Of a stretch of DNA of 64,000 bases, positions 18,608-27,958 are shown piece by piece. The notes beneath the pieces were generated by a model that was not told the DNA's origin, made no database searches, and saw nothing but the letters and a program-made list of their open reading frames with translations. Location: IMG/VR virus record IMGVR_UViG_3300035698_029469, one strand, 5' to 3'. How positions within the stretch are numbered: position 1 is the first letter of the stretch; each line of letters begins with the position of its first letter. This DNA comes from an uncultured virus (IMG/VR IMGVR_UViG_3300035698_029469). Taxonomy: Duplodnaviria > Heunggongvirae > Uroviricota > Caudoviricetes. The position numbers were made by a program, and so were the translations under genes.

Positions 18608-21245
18608 AAGTTTTTCATCTTGGGTTTATGGAGAGCAAAGAATTCTTACTCTTCGTCAATCAATTTATTCTGACGGAGTTTGGTCTAATACCGATATGGA
18701 AACAACTGATTTGGCTACATATAATTCAACGATATTTTTAGAAACAGACGATGATATAGGAGAAGAAGATGTTTATATTTATTTATCTTGTACTATGAGT
18801 GATGATTCTAATGCAATTGGAATATGTATGATACCAAAATTTACTCCAAAAGGAACTTATGTTTCGTTTGATTTTCCAACAGCTGAAAAACCGTGGGAAG
18901 TAAAAGCAATAGGAACAATGCGAACATTTATAGAAAAAGATATTTATTATAATCCTGATATAAATTCAGAAGAAATTGGTGCTGTTGCTGCCGGATGGGA
19001 CCTAACAAATGCTCCAACAATGAGTTTGAGAGTAATATCAGATAAATATAAATCATATCAATGCACGGAAGGAACAAGTATATATAGTAATAAATATTTA
19101 TTTGTGGATTCTAATTATTATGGAGATTACATAGATACTACCTTTAATAAGGCTAAACCAACAAATTTACATGATTGTGGATTTATTTTATTATTTAAAA
19201 TTGATACTGATTTTCCACCCGATCATTATTATGTTTTTGGTAGTAGTATTGGTGATTCTAATGAAGTTTCATCTGACAATCATTTATTATTAAATCATTT
19301 TTATATAGGATCAATACCGGCATTTGGAACAAATATTGTTGGTTTGGCTCAAAATGGAGCGTTAATTGGAACATTTATAATAGGAGAATGGAATGTATTA
19401 CAAGTATGGTATGATGATTCAGAAAATAAAATATATGGATCTTTGAATGGAGCAACAGAAGTTAATGAAGCAATAGTAAATTTAGATTTAAGATACTATG
19501 ATTATAATTATCATGGATTATATTTAGAAGCTGGACATCCACAAGCAACAACCACGTATATTATGAATTTTGCAAATATAAAAATTATTAAACAACCAAC
19601 CTCAGAATTAGCCAACGAAGGTGATTCATTTACAATCTATGGCTCTTACGGCGATTGGCCCAGACTTTTGGCGCCCTATGTTCAATCCATTGCATATCTG
19701 CGCATTTTAACAAATCAAATTTTAAACGCCGGTATTCCTTCGCAAAGTTGGGGTTATTACCTTAATCAAATCGGTAAAGCTTTAGGTGTAGATCGATTAA
19801 AAGGCGGCTGGGAACATGAATATGATCATATTTATCGTAATAAGCTTTATCCTTATCATACGATTTGGACGCCGACTTTTGACGGACTCAAAGACACTTG
19901 CGCCCATTTAGCGGGAACAACATCGACGGCAATTGAAATATATGAGCCATCAACTATGAATTGGTTTATTAAAATACCAACCGGCGATGCTATTGACCCC
20001 AGACTTCAAGATATAAACAATTGGGTTGAATGGCTTAATGATACAAAACCCATAGCGACACAATGCACAATAGAAGATAAAGGCGAAGAATTATGTCTTT
20101 ATCCAACTGATATTGTGTTAATGGATGAAATTAATTGCTTTGGAGTTATAGACATTGAGAATTTCGCCGGGTTAAATGGTAGAGAGGATTCTACGCTTAC
20201 AATTTACCCCGGTGCCGATGCCGCATCAATTACAGCATATTACTTATACTTCGTGCCTAATAATTTCATTTGGGCCGGGCAAAAACCGATTTTAAAGATT
20301 AAAGCTAAATATACAGACGAAGGAGCTTATGCAGGTGGCAAATTGCCCGATATGGCAGTTTCGCTTTTGGATTGTGAAAATACATCACTTTCGCCAATTG
20401 TTGCTGAATCTACATCGACTAGTCTCACCGAAGACTTTGATGGTTATGGCTTGGGGGTTGTCTCGCCTGGAAGTTGGATTGGGTCCCATAATTATACCGT
20501 CGGCGCTGGAGTCTTAGGCGTCGATTATCGATATGAAACAAGTAATACTTTTTTTCGGTCCAGTATTCAGAGTTATCGAACTTGGATTAAATCGACAAAT
20601 GCCGCTTCTCGAGAAGGAGTTATAAATATTATTCAGACTCTATCTGAAATACCACAAAGTTTTTTTCTCACGGGATCTTTATATATTGTTACTTTGGACA
20701 GTACCTCATACGGAGCGTGTTGTGGATTTGCCGTGAGTTTTTTATTTAAAGATGGATCAACTAAGGCGATATTCTATAGAATGGCCGTTGCTGTTGGATC
20801 TCAATATCCTAAGTATTATGATGGCGTAGCCTGGCAAACCGTTGATAAAATGATTAATATAGATACCGGTTCGATCGGATCTTGGATTACTTTAAGTGAG
20901 AGAGACGTAAAAGCAGATTTTTTAACCGAAGGTTGGGATTATTCTGATGTTACTTCTATCGATATTATTTTGCTAGCGTATGCTTACGATGGTGGCGCAG
21001 TCGGCAACACCGGAGAAGCGGATGTTTACTTCGACGATGTCTTTGTATTTTTACCAGAAGTGGAAGGACTAACCACAACTTGGACAGAATACGAAATTGA
21101 TAGGGATATGACCGAAACCTATGTTTTTATCGAAGGTAGAGGGTTTTTGGTAAAAGTCGAGCTTAGTGATATGGGCTGGACAAACCTAACGGACTTTCAG
21201 ACAGTAAAACTCGGCGGCGGGTTCGTTAAAATGATTACGGAGTAA
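18585..21245 (+). CDS. Baseplate gpI/gp48-like protein fused to lectin-like receptor-binding domains
   Basis: GYYLNQIGKALGVDR..EYDHIYRNKL..TPTFDGLK core; NDTKPIAT; two inserted beta-sandwich domains. Confidence 0.7.
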   Translation: MSLTNTIKSFSSWVYGEQRILTLRQSIYSDGVWSNTDMETTDLATYNSTIFLETDDDIGEEDVYIYLSCTMSDDSNAIGICMIPKFTPKGTYVSFDFPTAEKPWEVKAIGTMRTFIEKDIYYNPDINSEEIGAVAAGWDLTNAPTMSLRVISDKYKSYQCTEGTSIYSNKYLFVDSNYYGDYIDTTFNKAKPTNLHDCGFILLFKIDTDFPPDHYYVFGSSIGDSNEVSSDNHLLLNHFYIGSIPAFGTNIVGLAQNGALIGTFIIGEWNVLQVWYDDSENKIYGSLNGATEVNEAIVNLDLRYYDYNYHGLYLEAGHPQATTTYIMNFANIKIIKQPTSELANEGDSFTIYGSYGDWPRLLAPYVQSIAYLRILTNQILNAGIPSQSWGYYLNQIGKALGVDRLKGGWEHEYDHIYRNKLYPYHTIWTPTFDGLKDTCAHLAGTTSTAIEIYEPSTMNWFIKIPTGDAIDPRLQDINNWVEWLNDTKPIATQCTIEDKGEELCLYPTDIVLMDEINCFGVIDIENFAGLNGREDSTLTIYPGADAASITAYYLYFVPNNFIWAGQKPILKIKAKYTDEGAYAGGKLPDMAVSLLDCENTSLSPIVAESTSTSLTEDFDGYGLGVVSPGSWIGSHNYTVGAGVLGVDYRYETSNTFFRSSIQSYRTWIKSTNAASREGVINIIQTLSEIPQSFFLTGSLYIVTLDSTSYGACCGFAVSFLFKDGSTKAIFYRMAVAVGSQYPKYYDGVAWQTVDKMINIDTGSIGSWITLSERDVKADFLTEGWDYSDVTSIDIILLAYAYDGGAVGNTGEADVYFDDVFVFLPEVEGLTTTWTEYEIDRDMTETYVFIEGRGFLVKVELSDMGWTNLTDFQTVKLGGGFVKMITE

Positions 21246-21252
21246 TTAAACA

Positions 21253-21477
21253 ATGAAAATTAGTGATGTGCGGGTTAACGATCAGATTTGGACTACTACC
21301 CCTCTTAAAGTAAAAAAAATAGAAATTCCGGCGGGGTCGATTGTGCATTTTATCAGGATTGGCCGGGAAACGATTGATGTTATATTCCATATGATAGATA
21401 ATAAATTAAGAACTGTTAAACGAACTGTAAAGAATATAAATAAGAGAAAAGCCCGAAATTGGCTTAAATTAATTTAA
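21253..21477 (+). CDS. Small basic beta-barrel (SH3-like) hypothetical protein, last gene of the operon
   Basis: Tiled after ORF 18585; converges with the minus-strand operon. Confidence 0.5.
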   Translation: MKISDVRVNDQIWTTTPLKVKKIEIPAGSIVHFIRIGRETIDVIFHMIDNKLRTVKRTVKNINKRKARNWLKLI

Positions 21478-21493
21478 TCACTTTCCGGTTCAT

Positions 21494-21823
21494 TCATTTT
21501 ATTATTCTCCATTTAATAACTGTAAATATTTGATCACTTAACGGATCTATATCCGGGTAAATTTCATTTACCTTTACTAAGAATTCATTTGCATCGGTGA
21601 ATCCTTCGTCCGATATAAACTGATCGTCAAATGTGGGAAATTCATTTCGTTCGATTAAATAAACTTCAATTATTTCTGCTTCACAAAAACAAATATGATA
21701 TATAGTTAAGTCTATAATATTATTAACTTGATAATAATTTCGTTTATCTCCTTTTCGAATAGTTTGGATTTTTTGTTCATTTATAATTAAATCCTTAAAT
21801 TCAGGATTAAAATTAAGGCTCAT
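21494..21823 (-). CDS. ASCH domain protein
   Basis: LNFNPEFKDLIINEQKIQTIRKG and ISDEGF motifs. Confidence 0.8.
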   Translation of the reverse strand: MSLNFNPEFKDLIINEQKIQTIRKGDKRNYYQVNNIIDLTIYHICFCEAEIIEVYLIERNEFPTFDDQFISDEGFTDANEFLVKVNEIYPDIDPLSDQIFTVIKWRIIK

Positions 21824-22196
21824 TTTCTCTTTCCTCCTGAGTTTCCAATTCGGAAATTTTAAAATATACTGTCCTACCTTTCCTATATTTAGTTGCCAAT
21901 CCCATTTGAACGAGTTGATTCAATAATGAAGATTCGACAGGCCGTTGCTTTCCGGTTTCGTGAGCAATTTGATCGGTTGAAGCTTCTGCATATTTAATGA
22001 GTATTAAATATGTTGTTTGTAATGGTTTACTAAGTTTAAAAATATCTTGGGAGCTTAATTCACCGCCTGTATATTTTCTTAATTCGGGAATCTGCGGCAT
22101 CGGTCTTGAATCGCCGTTTGAATTAAGTAATTGTAATATTTTATCAAGTGATAAAATAACTATATCCAATTTAGTATTAACTTCTTCTAAACTCAT
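21813..22196 (-). CDS. Winged-HTH transcription regulator, archaeal ArsR/TrmB-like
   Basis: ASTDQIAHETGKQRPVESSLLNQLVQMGLATKYRKGRTVYF. Confidence 0.8.
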   Translation of the reverse strand: MSLEEVNTKLDIVILSLDKILQLLNSNGDSRPMPQIPELRKYTGGELSSQDIFKLSKPLQTTYLILIKYAEASTDQIAHETGKQRPVESSLLNQLVQMGLATKYRKGRTVYFKISELETQEERENEP

Positions 22197-22321
22197 TTTA
22201 TCATTCCTCCTCTATAATTTTATTTTCGATTAAATCTATTCTATCGGTAAGTTCTTTTATTTTCTGTTGAATATCTTTTAATGCTTCAGACACTAAGATT
22301 ACAAATCTTTCTATATCCATT

Positions 22322-22999
22322 TTATTCATCACTCCTCCTAATACATCTCATAATATTTTCCACAATCTTAGATTGGGTGGTGGCTTTAATTCCCAATGTT
22401 GCCTTTATTTCATCTTCGCTTGCCCCAACAATATCTTCCAAATATTGGTATTCATTGAAAAGAAGTTCGGCTCGCACGTTTCGAACTTTCGGAAAACATC
22501 GATACATATTCCATACCGGGCTTCGACTCGTATCAATTGTAATTTTGGGAACATGAATAATATTCATTTCTACGGGATGTCCCAAAATTCTCAGAAGCCA
22601 TTTTGCCGAATGTTTTCTATCTACTGTTTGTATTATTCGGACACCTTTTTCGGCATATACATTTATTTTACCTTTAGTTGATTTTCGCTTCCAAAATTCT
22701 ATATCATTTTCGGATCCCTCTAAAAGTAGAAAAAGGTGGAAGCCATTTTCAGCCTCCTTTAAAAACGGCGGTAATTGTTCTTCGGATCGTCCATCTATTT
22801 TAGAGGCCTGCATGTCTTTCCAGGTTTTCCGTTCACCCAATTTATTTGTGCTGTTCATATAATCGCCGATTTCCAAGGATTTACGAATTATATTGGCATT
22901 GAGGTCCGGAAAAAATTGCCGGGCTTCTTCCAATTCGTCTAATATTGTAATAGGTTCTTGAGTATCGACATATATTTCAATTGGGTCCATTTTATTCAT
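22322..22999 (-). CDS. ERCC4 (XPF/Mus81/Hef-family) structure-specific nuclease with HhH
   Basis: IYVDTQE, LEIGDY, ERKTWKD..S..DGR..EQL, LLLEG and C-terminal HhH. Confidence 0.9.
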   Translation of the reverse strand: MNKMDPIEIYVDTQEPITILDELEEARQFFPDLNANIIRKSLEIGDYMNSTNKLGERKTWKDMQASKIDGRSEEQLPPFLKEAENGFHLFLLLEGSENDIEFWKRKSTKGKINVYAEKGVRIIQTVDRKHSAKWLLRILGHPVEMNIIHVPKITIDTSRSPVWNMYRCFPKVRNVRAELLFNEYQYLEDIVGASEDEIKATLGIKATTQSKIVENIMRCIRRSDE

Positions 23000-23507
23000 C
23001 CTCCTCGAGTTCCAGTTCCAACTCTTCGGATTCTTCGGATTCTTCAGCCGGCAAAACTCTTATTCGACAGGTTCCAATTATAATAATTTCGATTGATTTA
23101 TCATCTCTTAATATTTGAATAACCTGCGAAATAGTGCCCGGTTTATTACTTTTCCAGGGTGCTTGCCATCCTTTAGCATCATTTATTACTTTTCCCCGAA
23201 CAGGATTATTACCGTCTAAATTTGTAACGATAACCATTCTTTTCAAAAGTTGATTTAAATTAATTATAGGTTCTATTTTTCTCACCTCCGCAATTTTGGT
23301 AAAACATATTCTTTGTTGGTTTCTTAATTTCTTCGATTTTACTCCTTCGTCCGCCAAAATCTGTTTGGCATCCCTGGGTAATATCGATTTTTCGGTTGTG
23401 TTTAAATATGATCGTAATGCCGCATGATCGACAGTTAATTCGTCCGATTCGATCATACGGGCGGAAAATGCAACCAGCCGGCGATTTAATTCTTTGGGGT
23501 TACTCAT
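22992..23507 (-). CDS. Hypothetical protein, possible C-terminal Sm-like fold
   Basis: Tiled operon; LNQLLKRMVIV..VRGKV pattern. Confidence 0.55.
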   Translation of the reverse strand: MSNPKELNRRLVAFSARMIESDELTVDHAALRSYLNTTEKSILPRDAKQILADEGVKSKKLRNQQRICFTKIAEVRKIEPIINLNQLLKRMVIVTNLDGNNPVRGKVINDAKGWQAPWKSNKPGTISQVIQILRDDKSIEIIIIGTCRIRVLPAEESEESEELELELEEDE

Positions 23508-23794
23508 AATCCATCACCTAAAGCCGAAATCCAAGGATATCTTATGTAATATTTAATATTTTGTTGCTCTGTTTTTCTTTTACGTTTTACCGATAATTTT
23601 ATAAGATTATTAGATCTCAAAATATTTGTTATTAATTGACTATTTATAAAACCGCATCCATTCTGTTCCCAGTTTTTAATTTTAATTTTAATTTGAGAAT
23701 ATTCTATTTTTTCGCTACCGGTCATATAATCTAATTTGGCAAGCCAAGTTGGAATTATAACACAATCAAGATAATCTTCTAATTTTTTACTCAT
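23504..23794 (-). CDS. Hypothetical protein, possibly wHTH
   Basis: ATGA-coupled overlaps with neighbours. Confidence 0.55.
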   Translation of the reverse strand: MSKKLEDYLDCVIIPTWLAKLDYMTGSEKIEYSQIKIKIKNWEQNGCGFINSQLITNILRSNNLIKLSVKRKRKTEQQNIKYYIRYPWISALGDGL

Positions 23795-24111
23795 ATTCTT
23801 CGCACCTTTGGTCTATAAATTCCAGATCTATGTCCCTGGTAACCTATATAAATTTCACCGGATAAATCATCTGTAAACATTTCGCATATATTACAATTTG
23901 GAGCATTACAAGGACCAGTCCATTCGCAACAAGGATATGGTATTTCCGAATCACAATCTGGACATATTCTATCATTTCGAGATATAAATTCATTACATTT
24001 ATCACAAACTCTATTCGTACCGTTTTGTATAATTGTAACTTTAGTTTCTAAAGTCCGAATTCTTGATAGCGTTTCTCGCAAAAGTTCTTCTATTACTATA
24101 AGTTGTTGCAT
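23791..24111 (-). CDS. Coiled-coil plus Zn-ribbon protein
   Basis: CDKC..CPDC and further Cys pairs. Confidence 0.6.
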   Translation of the reverse strand: MQQLIVIEELLRETLSRIRTLETKVTIIQNGTNRVCDKCNEFISRNDRICPDCDSEIPYPCCEWTGPCNAPNCNICEMFTDDLSGEIYIGYQGHRSGIYRPKVRRI

Positions 24112-24404
24112 TTAATTAAACCCCATTCTCTAAGCTTAGGATAATAGTTGTCGTGTGACATTCCGGTAAGAATATCCTCATTTTGAACTTCTTTTGAAGG
24201 CATTGGAATTAAATGATAACCGGGACCATGTGAACTAACACCGTCTATCATTGTTAACATTCCGAAGATAGCAGATATTCCGCCTTCTCGGTGTTCGTCC
24301 GACTTCCATTGTCTAAATTGAATTATACAAGATACGGCTTCCATAAAATCGTTGAACATTTCTTCTTTTGTTTTTTCACTCATTTTCCCATTCCTCAATT
24401 TCAA
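24096..24404 (-). CDS. Hypothetical protein (start probably at MSEKTKEE)
   Basis: Tiled operon; AIFGMLTMIDGVS. Confidence 0.55.
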   Translation of the reverse strand: MKLRNGKMSEKTKEEMFNDFMEAVSCIIQFRQWKSDEHREGGISAIFGMLTMIDGVSSHGPGYHLIPMPSKEVQNEDILTGMSHDNYYPKLREWGLIKCNNL

Positions 24405-24840
24405 TGTGGTTTTTATTCCATTTAATTTGGCATTTTTTATACATAAGTCCAGTCGAACTTAAAATACGATAAAGAATATCGTCAGAACCATGTTCTGAAT
24501 TTGATCCTATGCCATCTACCCCATAATCATAATGACTTATTTCTCTGAAACGTATGGTCATATTTCCTTGGTCTTGTCGGGCTTCATTAACTTCTCTATT
24601 TTTGAGTATTTGCCTTTCCTGAGCTTTTAACTTTCGTTTTATATCCGTAATTACACTCTTACCACTTGATGTTGGGATATATCCTTTACCGGTTAAAGTA
24701 ATAAATTCTAAATTAATCATAGTATCTACGACAATTTTGGTTCTTTTATTATTATCGGATATTAAATCATCATATGATTTTGGATTATTCTCTAATTCCA
24801 TAAGTATTTTATCTCGTTTTTTATTATAGTAAGTTTCCAT
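24376..24840 (-). CDS. Winged-helix protein
   Basis: ILMELENNPKSYDDL..MINLEFI..KGYIPTSSGK; GAGGAG SD. Confidence 0.6.
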   Translation of the reverse strand: METYYNKKRDKILMELENNPKSYDDLISDNNKRTKIVVDTMINLEFITLTGKGYIPTSSGKSVITDIKRKLKAQERQILKNREVNEARQDQGNMTIRFREISHYDYGVDGIGSNSEHGSDDILYRILSSTGLMYKKCQIKWNKNHIEIEEWENE

Positions 24841-25074
24841 TTATATCTCCTCCTCATTTCTAATAATTATCTTTCCTTCTTCCCATTCGATAATTGCTTT
24901 TTGTTGATTTATTTTAGCGGACCAAATCAAACTGCTAAGAATGTCATATCCGCCGTGTCTATCGAGCTTAATAGCTTGTAGGCCATTAACCGAGCCTATT
25001 GTATATCCATCCTCCATTAAAATCTCAATTCTTACAGTAACTTTCCCTTCGGGATCGTAAATATTATTACTCAT
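24841..25074 (-). CDS. Hypothetical protein
   Basis: GGAGGAG SD; tiled. Confidence 0.6.
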   Translation of the reverse strand: MSNNIYDPEGKVTVRIEILMEDGYTIGSVNGLQAIKLDRHGGYDILSSLIWSAKINQQKAIIEWEEGKIIIRNEEEI

Positions 25075-25086
25075 TTATATCTCCTC

Positions 25087-25499
25087 CTAAATTGAATTCA
25101 TAAATTTCTGCGTAGCCCAAAGTTGCCCGCATCCACCGCCAATATCATCTTGGCCAGCTGGGTTAAAAATACGTATATCAAAGCCACGATTAATCATTTT
25201 TGTTCTAAATCTTTGAATTACACTAAGATTTTGACTTATAATATACTTCATATTTTCATCGCTTTCGCAAATGACACTTAAAGTACCTTTCCAGATTTTA
25301 GGATTAAATAGAGCTAACAATCTATCGGCATCTTCATTAGTATCATTTTCGGAGTGGACACAATAATTAAAAAACGGATTCCGGCCTGTTGCTTGATACC
25401 ACTGTTCCCCCAATTCGGCAATTTTTTCGAGCGGATATTTTCTCTTGTCGCGGTCGGGTGATTGTCTATCTCTACGTCTAAGGTATATTCTATGTTCAT
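25087..25499 (-). pseudogene. C-terminal remnant of an RlmN/Cfr-like radical-SAM RNA methyltransferase; frameshifted, no CxxxCxxC
   Basis: KRKYPLEKI..FNYCVHSENDTNEDADRL..GQDDIGGGCGQL. The SD-linked ATG 25499 is in another frame. Confidence 0.65.
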
Positions 25500-26219
25500 T
25501 TATATCTCCTCCATTTTAGGTAAAAGCGGATGGTCTCTCCCGCATTGGCCGGGACAATTACCGCTCATTTCTTCGCAACACTTATTCCAATATAATTCGG
25601 CCTGAGAACCCTTAAAAAAACTGTCTATTTCCAAATTCTGAAATATTTCGAATTTTTTCGGGCTAAGATAATCTTTGAAAACGGCCCTAATCTTTTTCTG
25701 CGGCCAGCATTTTGTTTTAAAATAAATTAAAACGATATATCGATCTTTCCAATTCATATATGGCCGAAGTAAACTTATTATGCAAGAAGGAAGGAATTCC
25801 AAAGTGTAATCTTTAGTATAATCAGCTTCCAGATCTTCATAATCATAATCTTTTTCATTTTCCGAAAAAAACTCAATACAATGGCCGTTTTCTTGGATAA
25901 CTATTACATCTTCATAATGTTGGTTTTCGTATATGTAATTAAGATAAATTTCAAGTTTTTTGTTTATATTGGTATTTTTTATAAAATTAATATCGTAATC
26001 GGTTAATTTTGTAGCCGGCTTTTGTAACATATAAAATAACTCTGTAAAAACTGAATAGTTATTTTTGGGGAATGAAAGATGCCGATATGATGATAACTGA
26101 GAATATATATGTTCAATTGTTAATTCTAAATATTTAAAATTAAGGGGAAATATTTTGGGAAATACCCGCATGAATCCCGGCCGCATTTCTAAATCTTCAA
26201 TAAGTTGTTCGGTTATCAT
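25500..26219 (-). CDS. Primase large subunit (PriL) C-terminal Fe-S-like domain protein
   Basis: FLPSCIISLL..R..VLIYF..IRAVF..Y..CCEEMSGNCPGQCGRDHPL matches the PriL-CTD Cys pattern. Confidence 0.7.
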   Translation of the reverse strand: MITEQLIEDLEMRPGFMRVFPKIFPLNFKYLELTIEHIYSQLSSYRHLSFPKNNYSVFTELFYMLQKPATKLTDYDINFIKNTNINKKLEIYLNYIYENQHYEDVIVIQENGHCIEFFSENEKDYDYEDLEADYTKDYTLEFLPSCIISLLRPYMNWKDRYIVLIYFKTKCWPQKKIRAVFKDYLSPKKFEIFQNLEIDSFFKGSQAELYWNKCCEEMSGNCPGQCGRDHPLLPKMEEI

Positions 26220-26318
26220 TTTATCACCTCAATCTTTATCCGGGCCTTCTCCAAAATCTTTCCGTAATGCAACAAGAGCATAAGGCCCGGCGCTTACATA
26301 AAATCTACGTTCCTCCAT

Positions 26319-26501
26319 TTAATCTCTCCACCAATAATGAACATTATCATACTCTTCCGAACCTTGTCCATCCATTATTATTCCAATTATAAACAAAAAA
26401 CAAAAGCATATAAATGAAATAAACGGCATAATAAATAAACAAACTATTAATGTAATTAATAATCCGATTATTATACCAAATAAAACAATTGCTATTTCCA
26501 T
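26319..26501 (-). CDS. Small membrane protein
   Basis: GAGGTGG SD; hydrophobic. Confidence 0.6.
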   Translation of the reverse strand: MEIAIVLFGIIIGLLITLIVCLFIMPFISFICFCFLFIIGIIMDGQGSEEYDNVHYWWRD

Positions 26502-26694
26502 TTTACCACCTCACCACATAATAGTTTCTTCGATAATTCTCCAAAATTTCCGGCCGAATTCTTCCGCGCAGTAGTCACAAACGGGATATGTTTTTTTGTT
26601 ATTACCATCTCTATTATCTAATGATACTTTTATTATTTCGACAACTGGAAAATCTCTGCAAAAATGACAGTTGTTGTTTTGTTCATTCATTTAA

Positions 26695-26895
26695 TCACCT
26701 CATTTTTACCCACCATTTGGGTGAGTATTTAGGACAAGATCTGGGGGAATAAAAATCACTCTGATAATTACTCATTAACCCACCTCTTTCATAATATTCT
26801 ATGTCAAAGTAATAACAACATAAAATAGAATCATCATCCTCAAGATAACTATTATCGCATTCTTCGCACTTTCTTTCCATTTTATCACACTCCAA
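26695..26895 (-). CDS. Small Cys-rich protein
   Basis: CEEC..CC..CPKY; GGAGTG SD before the internal Met. Confidence 0.55.
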   Translation of the reverse strand: MECDKMERKCEECDNSYLEDDDSILCCYYFDIEYYERGGLMSNYQSDFYSPRSCPKYSPKWWVKMR

Positions 26896-27082
26896 AAGTT
26901 ATTATTATCATTATCATCATTACAGTTGTAATACCCAATACCCATCCCACCGAAACATTGATTATTGCATCATTTTTTCGTTTTTTTTCATAATCTTCCG
27001 TATTTTGAATATTCATTTTCGAACTAAGACCATTCATTCCTTCCATAATAATACGAAAGATTCCCATTATTTCTTCACTCAT
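26885..27082 (-). CDS. Small membrane protein
   Basis: GGAGTGA SD; C-terminal TM. Confidence 0.6.
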   Translation of the reverse strand: MSEEIMGIFRIIMEGMNGLSSKMNIQNTEDYEKKRKNDAIINVSVGWVLGITTVMMIMIIITFGV

Positions 27083-27151
27083 TTAATCACTCCGAAATTT
27101 ATAATTGTTTAAAAAATTTTATATCCATTAAATTATATAACTCATCCACTG

Positions 27152-27613
27152 TTATATCTTTATTATTATTAAGTATACAAGCCCAAGAACAAATAGATAA
27201 ATTATAAAAAGATTAGTTCCTAAAAATATCCATTGGCACTCTGTTAAATCTTGAATATTTCCATTAGTATTAATATAATCTTCCATTACTATTTCGTTAT
27301 AATGACTCTCAAATGCATCCAATATAAAACCTACTCTAACTCCTATATTTCTATAATGTTGTTTTAAATCTAATAAAGTAAAAGTTTCATCGTAATAAAG
27401 TTTTTGCCACATTTCATTTAAATTTTCTTTAATAATACACGGTTTTTCTTTAAAATATATGCCTTTTTCACAATTATCTTCGGACTCGCCCCGCCAAATA
27501 TATTCTATATCAACTTTATTACCATCGGTGATAAAATATCGATAATTATTACTATTTATTTCACAATTATATTCTTTAGATGTTAAATCCCGTCTTTTTA
27601 TAATTTTATTCAT
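27152..27613 (-). CDS. Hypothetical protein with C-terminal TM
   Basis: GGAGTGA SD; AT-rich. Confidence 0.6.
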   Translation of the reverse strand: MNKIIKRRDLTSKEYNCEINSNNYRYFITDGNKVDIEYIWRGESEDNCEKGIYFKEKPCIIKENLNEMWQKLYYDETFTLLDLKQHYRNIGVRVGFILDAFESHYNEIVMEDYINTNGNIQDLTECQWIFLGTNLFIIYLFVLGLVYLIIIKI

Positions 27614-27640
27614 AGAATCACTCCAAAATTTCCATTTTTA

Positions 27641-27934
27641 TTACTTCTGTTTCTCTAATTGAATCTCCTCGTAAACCTGTAAGGCTATGTTGTACACAAA
27701 GTTATACTTTTTATCCGGTGAGTAAAAATTCCAATCGTTGATTACGAACATAGTTCCCACGGATCGACCGTCAAGCGTACATTGTAAATACTCCGTAAAC
27801 ATATTAAATATTCTTGATTTCGCCCGTTTTTGACACCCCAGCTCATGTTCCAACAACGCCATTTCTTCTTTTTCCTTTTCCGATTTAAATAATATCTTGG
27901 CGACATACCGCCCGATAAGAAGCCCCAAACTCAA
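27641..27934 (-). CDS. Hypothetical protein
   Basis: Tiled ORF, TTG start. Confidence 0.5.
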   Translation of the reverse strand: MSLGLLIGRYVAKILFKSEKEKEEMALLEHELGCQKRAKSRIFNMFTEYLQCTLDGRSVGTMFVINDWNFYSPDKKYNFVYNIALQVYEEIQLEKQK

Positions 27935-27958
27935 AATTTTCGCATTCTTCTTTCCAAT

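Noticed and set aside
9170..21245. Tailocin/eCIS interpretation of the tail module
   Set aside because: Neck genes, terminase, helicase and a large viral accessory complement indicate a virus.
18585..21245. Diversity-generating retroelement acting on receptor-binding domains
   Set aside because: No reverse transcriptase and no TR/VR pair differing at adenines was seen.
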